A stretch of 64,000 nucleotides of DNA from the NCBI GenBank assembly GCA_000320545.1, contig ADNK01003385.1:9200-73199 (forward strand). The letters are read 5' to 3'. The position numbers and the translations under genes were made by a program. The notes beneath the pieces were generated by a model. That model saw nothing but the letters and a program-made list of their open reading frames with translations, ran no database searches and had not been told where the DNA came from. Below, piece after piece: positions 44,186-55,501 of the stretch. Within the stretch, counting starts at the first letter, position 1. Each line of letters begins with the position of its first letter. Source of the stretch: Bigelowiella natans CCMP2755 (taxonomy: Eukaryota; Protista; Cercozoa).

Positions 44186-44534
44186 GCTAGAGTGAGCGCG
44201 ACACATAGCCGCCTGAGTCTCATGAGGAGTGGCACATCGCCCCGCATTCAACGCGTGTGCACATGTCAGTCTCTCAAGCATAGCTAGATGTATGTCTAGT
44301 GTGTAGCTTGACGTGTAGCTATTCATGATGCATGCATGTGCGCTACATGCATGTACCAATCCGTGCATTCATGCTGCCTTCCATGCCAACTTAGCGAAAC
44401 TTATCTAGAAATAGATTGTGCGCTTGTACACTTGTAAGATCACTCGACATGTGAAGACTTCAATTCTCGCATTCATCTCTCATTTTCTTTGATGTAGATA
44501 TTTTTATTTTTGTGCAACACCATGTGCAACCAGC

Positions 44535-46078
44535 TTATGCAGTCGATAACAATATTGATGGCTCCCTTAGAGAATACAACACCCAGTCAGAATGAAGAAT
44601 ATCTTGAATCGAAGCACGATTGAGGGGATCTTCGGCAAGCATTTTTGCTAACAAGTTCAAAGCTGCGTCGGATATCTTTATCCCCCATCTACGAAGCAAA
44701 CCGGAGAGATTCCGCTTACCTCCGGTAACTAGTACAAAACGACGGTCGGATTTTTGAGGATACTGGTGGGGAAGTACCCCGGTAATGCTCAAAAACATCA
44801 CAATTCCGAGAGAAAATACATCTGCTGGTGCACCCGCAAATTTTCCAGGAGAGTGACTTTTTCGAGACGAGGATACCTCATTCAATACTGCAGCTGCATT
44901 GCTGCTACCACGACGTCGTCTATCTCCCTTGGTCGCGTATGCCTCCGGAGCCATATAGTTAGCTTTTCCCGTTGAATGTGTTCTATGTACGATTCCGTCT
45001 ACATCCATTCTTTTTGCAAGCCCAAAATCGCATAGCTTAGCCTCCCACTTTCGCGTGAGTAAAATATTTTCTGGAGAGACATCTAAATGTGCGTATCCAT
45101 TGTCATGGCAGAATTGTAGCCCACGTGCAGTTTGCTCGATAATGCGGGCAGCATCTGCTTCAGAAAGACGACCATTGGGACTGTTAGTGATATGATCAAG
45201 CAATTCGCCTCGATGAGCAAATTCCATCACTGTGAATAGCTTATGTGAGTCCTCGCCAGAATGGTAGAATCGAATTACGTTTGGGTGCCAGTGATCGCTG
45301 CTTTCGGTGAGGGTTTGCTCCGAGTTTGAGCGAATGATGTTGCTGCTGCTGCTGGCAGTGGTGGTGTGACTTGAGGAAAGTGAGGCTGCAGTCGAAGTAG
45401 TAGCACAAAAATTACTGCTACTCTTCACAGTGGTGGCGAGGGAAGCAACATCAACTGTCGACTCAGAAAAATTTATGGTTGAAAATCTTGGCAGGATGGA
45501 ATCGATTGAACCTTTACTATCCACCGATGAGGCAGAGGAAAATGATGCATTTGAGGGATCGCGGCTAAGGTTAGACGCAAACTCTCGGAATATTTGAACT
45601 TCAGTTGAAGGGTCTTCTCCATCAGAAATAACTGTTTTTATAAAATGTAAGATTATAATCTTCTTCAATTTTAGAGTTACTCCAACTTTAGAGAATATTA
45701 ATTAAAGTAGAACTCAAGAGTCACCCACGTTGTCTGTCCTTGTACGAGAATTTGATAGCCACACGGCGATTATACTTTTTGTCAATCGCACAAGCGATCT
45801 CACCGAAAAGCGTCTGCCTCAGGGAGAATTGATATGAATATCTTTCAGGAAGCATTCTACGACGGACACGTCCTGCAGTTCTGCTGCCGTGCTCATCCTA
45901 CACGTAGATTAAGAACATCAACTATTTAAAATGAATATGAAATGTTGCAAGAAGTCCAAAAGTAACATGTTCAACTTCTTTTCTAGAGTCATTTTGGGAA
46001 TATGAACACCATAGCTCTGCAGCATGCGAAGATCGAAGGTACGTGACGACGCTTAGGTGAAGATTTGCTCATCTTCAT
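44535..46078 (-). CDS. Ser/Thr protein kinase (CAMK-like, non-RD), 3 exons
   Basis: Motifs VAIK, HPNVIRFY, VMEFAHRGEL, HLDVSPENILL, LCDFGLAK, GKANYMAPE, DVFSLG and RASIQDILHSDW. Upstream exons lie at ~45728-45897 and ~46010-46078. Confidence 0.9.
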
Positions 46079-47484
46079 TCCTTCTGCCCCTTTACTGTTG
46101 GAGTTTAAGGAGGCGGGGTCAGTGCTTTCTGGGGGTCACAATCGTGCTGGTGCGTCAAACCCTTATTCGACTCAAGTTTAAGAGTTTTCGTAGAATTTCG
46201 TCTGCATATATTACCAGAAATTCTACATATCTGTAAGGAAAGTTGCCTGCTTAGGAATAAATTATAGGATAGCTTTAATTTTTTAGTGAAAGCCTAGTAT
46301 CATTATATATCTTAAACTATATATTGGAAATGGCATGGATTTCAGCTGCAATTTTGTGTGGACCTGGAAGGGAACTGGCTGCGTTTCCAGTCCATTGTTT
46401 TTGGAAGTATTTTTTTTCGTTCTACTTATTTACGGTGAAATTATATATTAATTCCGTTCATTTCATTGTCGATGTACCTTAAATAAAGCATATTTATCAT
46501 AATACAGCTTTTGTTTGTTTCCACTTTAGGATTACTAGATCTATGAAACACTTCTCTTAGATCTACATGCCGTTTCAGGATTTAGAAATTCGATTTTTAT
46601 TACTATGTGTGTTCCCAAACCCTCCATTTATTCAATAAGATACACTCGACATAGGGTAAAATAATAGATCTAATTATAAAAATTAGGAAATAAATTTCAA
46701 TATTCGAAAATCCTGTAGCTGAATACGTAATCATGATTCTTGGCGACGCAATCAGAGGAAATTTACGTGATTTTAGTTTCCTTTGAGCACGAAAGCACAA
46801 AAGCACGAAACCACTCAGTCAGGCGCAGGCACTACGACAACCTACTAGATCTTCACAAGAGACGAACGCTGATTGATCTTTTTCTTCTTGTCATATTTCC
46901 TGATGTAGTTTTGCCCCATATTCTACACTTACTACTGCACACATCCGCTATATGTGACATCATCCACAGCACAAAAAAAATCGTGAAAAATTGGATATTA
47001 GGTAGGCGGGTTGTTGTTGTTGTTGTTGTTGTTATTGTTGTTGTTGTTAGTTGATTCTAGTCGCATCCTAGCTGTGTGCATTCACCGAAGTAAATTATGA
47101 CAAAACTAAGGTCATTTTTAAAATAAAATGACAGACACTGACGATAATTTTAAAAGCGACCTTTAGAGAAGCGAGAGCCTTTCTTAGTGTATTTCCTTTA
47201 AAAATTATCTTGAACATTAGATCTAGGGTTAAATAGAAAATGTACATGTAACAACACACTTAATCCCACAACTACTACTCTACTTCTCATCTAGACCAAA
47301 TTTCATTGTAAAAACCTCCGTAGTTGGATGAGTTTCTACAAGTCTCGTACCCTTTGGTAGCTTTTTAATTTTGTTAGATCTAGCTCAAATTGTTGCCCAA
47401 ATTTTTAAACTTTCGCAGTTATGAGACAAGATTCACTGTAGGAACAATAATCACTTCAGCGAATAAAATGTAACGTAGCTGGGC

Positions 47485-47519
<35 letters not shown>

Positions 47520-47714
47520 AAACAACAAAAAGATTAACTAACTAACTAACTAACTAACAACAACAACAACAACATGTTTTGCCATGCAAATTTTGACTTC
47601 CGCAATGTCCTTTATGAGACAACATCCACTATGAAAATCACTTCGGTGTAACAACATAGCTGGGAAGTCAAGGGCGCGAAAAGATTAACTAACTAACTAA
47701 CAACAACAACAACA

Positions 47715-48952
47715 ATGAGGCGTCTCCGCAGTGTGCCCACATCGATCAGACGCCCACCATATGCTCTCGACGGCATCGTTCCTCCACCACAAAACACAAT
47801 CACGCTACATCGTACATCAGAGGAGGTAAACGTTTGCCCAAACATGAGTCCTCTTATAAGAAGAATTATAATCTTGTTAGATTGAGGGGCTACGAAAAGC
47901 TGGCAAGTTAGCACGAAAAGTATTAGATCTTGCAAGTTCTTTGGCCAAACCGGGGGTCAAACCGCTCCAAATTGATGAAGGTGTAAATTTTCGACGATAA
48001 TTTTTCCTTGAATCGAACTGGACACCACATTGTTGTTGTTATTACCATTTGATTTGACAAATTAGCGGTTCACGATGCAATCTGTGCGGAGAATGCATAC
48101 CCAGCACCACTTAACTATCGAGGATTTCCACGATCCGTGTGTTCGTCGATCAACGATGAGGTCTGCCATGGAATTCCAAACGACACACCCCTTAAATCTG
48201 GCGACATCGCAAAGTTCGATGCAAGCGTCTTCATAAGAGAAGGTTTCTTCGGGGATAACTGCGGTAGATAGATAGACTCGAAGTAATGATAGAATTTAAG
48301 TAATGTTAATAAATTATTTGCCTATACACGGTTCATCAAGTTTTTTCGCTTAACAGCATGCCATGTATTGTCTACTGATAGAGTGGATAAAACTGAAGTC
48401 TCGATGATAATCAGTAACAAAATACAACACAAAGGTACAGTGATCGTCGGTGAAGGGGACGAAGAAGCAAAAAAACTTGATGAAACGTGTAAACGTGCAC
48501 TGAATCAAGCGATACGAGCGATTGGTCCTGGAGTATGCTTGAGCAAGATCGGAGACATCATCGAAAGTGTTGCTGAAAGTGAGGGTTTCCAGTCAGTGAA
48601 AGCTTACTGTGGACATGGCATAGGGCGAGGATTTCACATGCTACCGTTCGTACAGCACTTTAAGAACGATACATACTTACCTCTGAGAGAGGGAATGACA
48701 TTTACAATTGAGCCAATGCTGGTTGCGGGATCTCAAGACACGTAATACGTATAAAGAGAAGGAAAAAGTAGTTTGAATCCCCACGCAGATGTATTGTTTT
48801 TGGTTTGTAGGTTTGTTTCAAAAGAGGATGAGTGGACTGTATGTACAGTTGATGGATCTAGAGCTGCACAATATGAACACATGATACTTATAACCGCTGA
48901 TGGAGTGGAAGTCTTGACAGATAGTGAGAGATTTCCAGAATTTTCAGCTTGA
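47715..48952 (+). CDS. MAP1: Methionine aminopeptidase type 1 (organellar MAP1D-like); start may extend upstream
   Basis: Motifs RRPPYA, AYPAPLNYRGFPRSVCSSINDEVCHGIP, FDASVF..FFGDNC, YCGHGIG..FH, FTIEPML and AQYEHMILIT. The metal ligands D, D, H, E, E are present. Confidence 0.93.
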
Positions 48953-49979
48953 GTTCGTTCCGTGTTTGTATTGAAGCCAGGCATGTTCATAATAAATAAG
49001 ATGTGGGCTCGCGTCAGTGCCCCATTCGTTATCACTCATTATAATGCATGTCTAGCTGCTGCTGGTCGAACTGAATGTGTATGTGTGTGCACAACAACAT
49101 GTACATGCTTGCATGACTATGGCAAGGTACGCACTAACACAACTCGGTCAAACCCAGTAACATTTGGCTGCGGCGCAAAAGGCGAGTTGTGCGCGTGCGT
49201 ACAGCGTATCAAATTGATGAATGTGATCACAGAACACATCTGCAGCTTGGCAGAGCGTCAAAATGCAATTTTTAACCGAGATTCGAACAAACGACCGAAA
49301 AAGTGTCATTTTCGAAGTTAGGAAGGTCGAAAACGCTGTCATTGCGAAAAGTGTAAGAAGTTTCGTGAGAGTTGCAAGCAACAATGCACGTAGCAATGCT
49401 AGAATGTGCAGCGCTGCAGCAGTGTTTTGAATGTGCAAGCGCGGGGGCGCATGCGCCAACCACACGCACAAGAAAAATCCCAGCTGCGCTAGTGCGTGCG
49501 AACATGTCTCACTTTCTCACAACGCGCGCTGAAACTTCAAATCGCCTTCAACCACAACCAGCAGAAACTTGTGACATCGGCTTTGCGAGCATGGTGGCCG
49601 TGCCAAACTTCATCAAAAAGCTTGGAAAACCACAAAAAAGTTGTGTTGCCATGCATTCCGAGTGCACTCTGGTGGACTCTGACGAGCTTCTGCTGGCTTC
49701 CAATGCGCTCAAACACCCTTTTGCGTTGTGTTGAAAATTGACGTGCGCAATAGGTGCAAAAACTCGATTTTGAATTTTTTTTGCAACGCGACATGCAATG
49801 CGACGTTCGTTCTCAAAAAAACACTTTTTTGCTCCGAAACTCAAACCGTGCGCAGCATTGGTTTGCCAAAAGTGTGCGCGATGATCAATTGTGGGTTTGC
49901 ACGTCGTGCGATCGAGCCATCGTGTTCAAAACTGGCGTGAGATGAATTTCCAAATCTGAGGGTTGGAAAAGTGACAAAA

Positions 49980-50690
49980 AACCATGCCAAAAAGCATGCA
50001 GAGCAGGAAATGCATGTGCGCGCGCCCTGAAACTTGCTCGAGCGTTGTTTCTCATCACGTTCGAGCAGTTTTCATGCAAGCGTCACTTGGTGTGGTGTCG
50101 CGTTGCGTGACCTCCACAAACTTCCAGTTCAAACACTGGTTTGACGGTCCCATCACACTGAGGCATCTGAACTGGCTTCGCAGGCGGTTTCCCAACCAGA
50201 AGGTGGGATTGATTTGGGACATGCTAGCATGGCTCCCGGCCACACAGATCGCCGAGTGATTGAGTTCACAAGCAAAGCCAGGATTCAGGGGTGGCTGAAA
50301 GTGAGACTCACGCCTGGGGGATCAACCTCCACGTCCATCGTGCGCAACCCTGCGACCTCGTTGCCAATGCACCATTGAAAAAAAAAGTGAAGTTTTTTTG
50401 GCACTCCAGGTGGAAGAATCAGAAGTTGGTCGATCTTCAGTCATCCAAAGGCCACGTCAAACTCAAGTTGCCCAGAACAAAATTGGCACATGGATCAGAG
50501 GAAGCAATTCGTGATTTCAACAAGGCACAAGTGGGCAAACCCATCGTTCGTGACTGCTTCAACAAGTGCGGTCTGAGTCCATTCAACTGCGACGAAGAGC
50601 TGCACGACAACCACGTGAAAAGCTTCGTGCAAAATCGCACCCACCGCAGCCTTCTTGAAAGTCAAATGGCAGTCGATTTGGAATGCCAAC
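49980..50690 (+). mobile_element. Degenerate pogo/Tigger-like (DDE_1) transposase relic
   Basis: Across frameshifts it reads HWFDGPITLR(H)LNWL..KVGLIWDMAPGH..PGG.TSIVQPCDLVANAPLKK, matching the DDE_1 motifs W..., LIxD..xH and P..TS..QPxD..N.PxK. Confidence 0.75.
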
Positions 50691-51033
50691 GTCTGGTGTC
50701 AAACCAGACGTGCCAACGTCGTGCCAACGTCTGATGTCAAAGCAGACGTGCTGACGTTGTGCCAACGTCTGACATGAAATCCTGGGAAATCAGACGTGCT
50801 GGGTGGTGCCTTGACCACTGCGGGTGCTCTTTTTTTGCGCAATCATTCCACTTGTGAAATTGCAGGCAAACTTTGGAACGCAATTGCGCCACGTTTGCTC
50901 GAAAATGAGCACACATTTTTTCGCACAAATTTGCACCTGCGACGTGTGATCAATGAGACTTTGATGGATGATCGCACGCATGGCCATTGCCGTGCTGACG
51001 TCGTGCCAACGTCTGACGTCACCGGTGACATTG

Positions 51034-51350
51034 GACGTCAGCACGACGGAAAATGCCGACCTCCGTTGTGCCAACCTCAGGGATGATTTGAAAGAATCAT
51101 CGCTGACAACTTGCTGACTTTGTCTTTCTCAATTCTTCAATGCGATTGACATCATCAAATCACGTGCACGTCTGATTTGACATCAGACGTTGGCACGACG
51201 GAAAGTGCCGACCTCCGTGGTGCCAACCTCAGGGACAATTTGAAAGAGTCATCGCTGATGACTTTGACTTTGTCTTTCATCAATTCTTCAATGCGATCAA
51301 CATTGTCAAATCACGTGCACGTCTGATTTGATGTCAGACGTTGGCACGAC
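51034..51350. repeat. Two tandem ~152-bp repeats; related short motif copies at 50690-50800, 50990-51020 and 51760-51810
   Basis: Direct alignment of 51034-51185 with 51186-51336. Confidence 0.9.
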
Positions 51351-51816
51351 CCATCAGTGGATGCAGTTGAATCACGAACACAAGGAGAATCTTTCAAATC
51401 AGTTGGATCAGCAGTGAACTTGGTTGACACTTTTGAGTGTTGCATCGTTTTGATTTGATGCACTTTCACAACTGCAAAGTGCAATCATCCCTCTTTTTTG
51501 AACAATTTCAACCAGGTGGCTGTCGTGTTTGACAAGTCTGAGTGACTTGCAACCACCTTTTCCTGGTTCAACAAAGCTGACTCCATTCTCAGAACCCATC
51601 ATTGCTCCATCTTTGCGTGAATTTCGATGTGTGTTTTCAAGAATGCAACTTGTTTGCAACAGCACATTGACATCAACCACGTCAAGACAAATTGATTGAT
51701 GGCTGCGTTTGTCGTTTGTGACATTGGTTGCAGAATCATGACAATCTCAGATCCAACACGCGTCTGATGTCAAGTCAGACGTCAGCACGACGGAAAATGC
51801 CGACCTCGAAAACGCC

Positions 51817-52265
51817 ATCATCGATGCGCGTGCGCAACCATGACTGCTGGCGGCTGTGCGTGTGTGCGTGCATCGATCGATCAGCGCGTGCGTGCAGACA
51901 AGTGATTGTGACGAGCACACACGCTCAGCCGCCAGCAGTTCCGGTTGCGCGTTGCAGACATGGCAACAGCACACGCAACGTGCACACGATGTTGCGTGTC
52001 CACAATGAGCATTGGGTGTCCACGATGCGCACGCGCACATCGACAAGTCCCTGCATCGATGACTGCAACTGCTGGCGGCTGAGCGTGTGTGTTCTCGTCA
52101 CAATCACTTTGTCTGCATGTGCGCGCGGATCGATGCACACACTCTGTGGCCGCCAGCAGTTGCAGTTGCGCACGCGCATCGATGACAAGTCCCTGCATCG
52201 ATGCGCGTGTGTGCAACGCACTGCTGGCGGCTGCAGATGAGCGCGTGTGCATCGATCAGCGCGCG
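51817..52265. repeat. Imperfect inverted-repeat (fold-back) structure
   Basis: 51817-51940 (...GACAAGTGATTGTGACGAGCACACACGCTCAGCCGCCAGCAGTT) is the reverse complement of 52068-52183 (AACTGCTGGCGGCTGAGCGTGTGTGTTCTCGTCACAATCACTTTGTC...). Confidence 0.8.
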
Positions 52266-53252
52266 CATGCACAGCTCCGCGCTGCGTGGCGCACTTTCCA
52301 ATCGCGCGCATTTGTTTGCACATTGTGCACCACGCGCTGATTTGAATCATTGTCATTGCATGCAAGCTGGCAAGCACAGCACGTGCACAATGCGATGGCG
52401 TGTCAGTGCTCACGTTTGTCAACAACACGCATCGCAAGCTTGCGCTGCCATGCACGAAAAGTGCATGCGTGCATCTGTCATGTGCCATGATTTTGGCCGT
52501 GTTTGGCGATGTGACAATTGCTGGTGCACATTGCATGGCCACACATTGCACAGCCACACATTGGATGCACATTGGATGCATGGAATGCCAACATTGAACA
52601 AACTTGAACACTTCATCACATCCGTCTCGTGCACACACCAGTCTGCCACTGATTCTGATGTGAATCATTGCGAGCTCACTTGCGCCAAACGAAGTGTGTC
52701 ATTGCTGCTTGATCGTGTGAATTTTGCAACAAGTGCAAGCACGTGCAGATTGCAAAACGTGGAAAAGAACTTGGTGAACATCCTGCCAATCATCACAATC
52801 CAGCAACGCCAAATCTCAAAAAAAACCGCTTTCATCAACGCATGTGCATGTGTGCTCTCGTGTGGCATCATTCATCTGTGCTCGTGTCGCTGCGTCGGTG
52901 ACGGATCCGCACTTTCAGCAGTTTTCAACTTTTCCGCTTCCCTGCCCGTGTGTGTGCACATGCATGTGCACGTGTGCAACAACCTTGTGAGCTTTTGCCG
53001 CTTGCGTCTCATCCTTGCTTTCTCTGCCATTTTTTCTCTGTTTTTCCTGTTTGAATGAAAACTCACAAGTTGCACACCTTCACACAAGCAATGAATCATC
53101 AGATGATCGTGAGATCCAACATCCACTGCAACCAACACACGTTCACCATCGCCATCATCATTGTCGTCATCACTGCCTTCTGTGCTTTTCCTTGCTGCGC
53201 TTCCGAGCTTCTGTCCTCACCTTCTTCTTCAACTCAACACCTGACTGCGAAC

Positions 53253-53291
<39 letters not shown>

Positions 53292-54930
53292 TCCGTCTCC
53301 GCCTTGCCGCGCACATTCTTTGCTTTCAGAGCCTCTGCTGACTCCAATCTTGCTTTCATGGCCTCTGCTGACTCCAATCTTGGGCTCTCTCGTTCTTCTC
53401 CACAAGGCCTTTCACGAAGGCACACGTGCTCTCAGCCGGATCCCCAAACTCATCCATGTGCAAAAGCGGAAGCGGTTGTGCATGCTGGCATGCCCCAATG
53501 ACCTCTCTGATGATGCAGTTTTCTTGGTCATCAGTCACGAAGTGAATTTTGCACGTTTTTGGGGCAAAGTGTGAAACAGCTCCGTCAAACCTGCAACGAA
53601 TCGCCAGAACATGCACTTGGAAGCTTTTGCGCGCGACCAAGCGCGTTGTGTGATGTGATGGACATTGGATTTCACAACTGCATCAAGTGTGCAACGAATG
53701 GCATGAACTTTCAATTGAGGGTCATTGAGCACACACCTGCGCGCCCACGCGCGCCCAGGTGCATGCTTCACAATGGACATGGTGACATCGATCGTGCGTG
53801 TGCTGAAACTTCGCACGTCCATGAAGCCAGTGTGCACGCACCCTCATGAGCTTGCAAAACTTGTGGCACGCAAATGCAAATGCGCCAGCGTGTTCAAAAG
53901 TGGCAAGAATTTTTCAATTTTCGCCCACTGGCAGGCGTTGAAAAGTGAGGTTTTCAAGCTGAAACTCGAAAAAAAAAATCAAACTTGAACCTCAGACAGG
54001 CTCCAGTGTGCTTCCAATGTCCAATTGCAACGATTGAGCGCGCCAGGCCGCACGCGCAAAGCACAGTTTGTTCAAAACCCACTCGTTGCCGGGATTGATG
54101 CAGTCATTGTGTTGCTCGCATTTCTTTGAAATTTTTCGTGCATGTCACACTTGGTCAAACACACGCGCAAAAGCATTCGAAGTGTGCAGAGAACAAACGC
54201 GCAGCGTGCATCCTCCACACAACGGGTGTGAATTTTCACACTTTGCGCGCTCACTGAGGCCTTGAAAATGGACGTTTGGGTCAACACTTCGGTCACTTCA
54301 TCTGACAAGTTCTGATGACCTTTCTTTGACCAACTGCAACTGCCTGCTGCTTCAAAGCGCTGCACTGTTCACAACCCCGTCGTCACCGGGTTTGACGGAG
54401 CTGTGGAACAACACGTGCATGTGTGAGCTCGTGTGTGTGTGTGTGAGTGTTTGATGTGTGCATGTTTTTTCGTGTGTGTTGGATGACGCTGTGCACACAT
54501 TTCGTTCGGCAGACTTGTTTGCCGGCATGCGGATGCGTGGATGCGGAGCGTCGGTGTCATGGTGTGGGGGTGAGAGGGTTGTGTGGGTGCGAGAGAGACT
54601 GGTCATCTTCCACTTTGGGGGAAAATCATGTGAAAGCTCAGAAAACAACGGGAAAACAACTGCGGGCATTGTGATGACATTCTCCGACTCCGTGTGATGC
54701 CCAGGCATTTTTGGTGCATGAATCCCATTCAAAGAAAAGATCTGGACAGTTTTTCTTAGATGTTTTTCGATGTGAGATTCCCCATTCCACGAAATGGAAA
54801 CCATGTGAAAAGTCACATGTCACCCTGTTCTGAATCGATCTGTCGTTCAACGTGAAAGTTGTTGCATGTCACCCGTTTTTGGGTGACAAACAAGAAACAA
54901 ACTTGCGGTAACTACTTCGGATGTTTGCAC

Positions 54931-55385
54931 TAGGGTGCAATCCACACTTTTTTTTTTCGTTCAAAATTGGTAATTTGCGCAAATTGAAGTCGAAAAACGG
55001 TCATTTTTTGCAAAAATTGCATTGCCAAAAATGCTTTTCGATGCAAAATTGGTAAAATTGGTCACCCGCAAAATTGGTCACCTGACCGGGTAGTGACGGT
55101 GTTTCCATGTGAAATCCCGGTTGTGCCGTTTTCATTCATTGCGCGAAGGCGTTTCCACATCTCGATTTTGGCGGGCTGGGCTACCGGGTGGTGACGGTGT
55201 TTCCATGTGAAATCCCGGTTAACACACCGGGATACCCGGCAGTGACCGCTAATGACACACCAATTTTACACGTTTTGACGATGTGACCCCAAAATGGTGC
55301 ACTCCATACTTTGAACATTTTTCCCAAAAATGAAAAACCGTTTTTACCAATTTTACAAGTTTTGACAGGTATGGATTGCACCCTA
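54931..55385. mobile_element. ~450-bp MITE-like element with terminal inverted repeats and flanking TA
   Basis: Left end TA-GGGTGCAATCCACAC (54931-54947) and right end GTATGGATTGCACCC-TA (55369-55385). It also has subterminal AAAATTGGT repeats and an internal ~38-bp direct repeat. Confidence 0.75.
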
Positions 55386-55501
55386 CACCTGCAACAGAAT
55401 AGCATTTTCCATCTACGACAATCCATGCATACCTAAAGCAAGCATTAGCAGATGATGCCGACAATGGCCCACATTTAAATCGCGATATGATTTAATCACA
55501 G

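Larger units (their letters stand above)
49500..54900. other. TpA-free domain 2 (transposon and repeat relics)
   Basis: TA was seen only at ~49751, ~50225 (CTAG) and ~54757. Confidence 0.9.

Noticed and set aside
47470-47715. Duplicated AAAGATTAACTAACTAAC(AAC)n blocks before MAP1, and a 23-bp direct repeat at ~32453-32495
   Set aside because: These are ordinary local duplications with no evidence of function.
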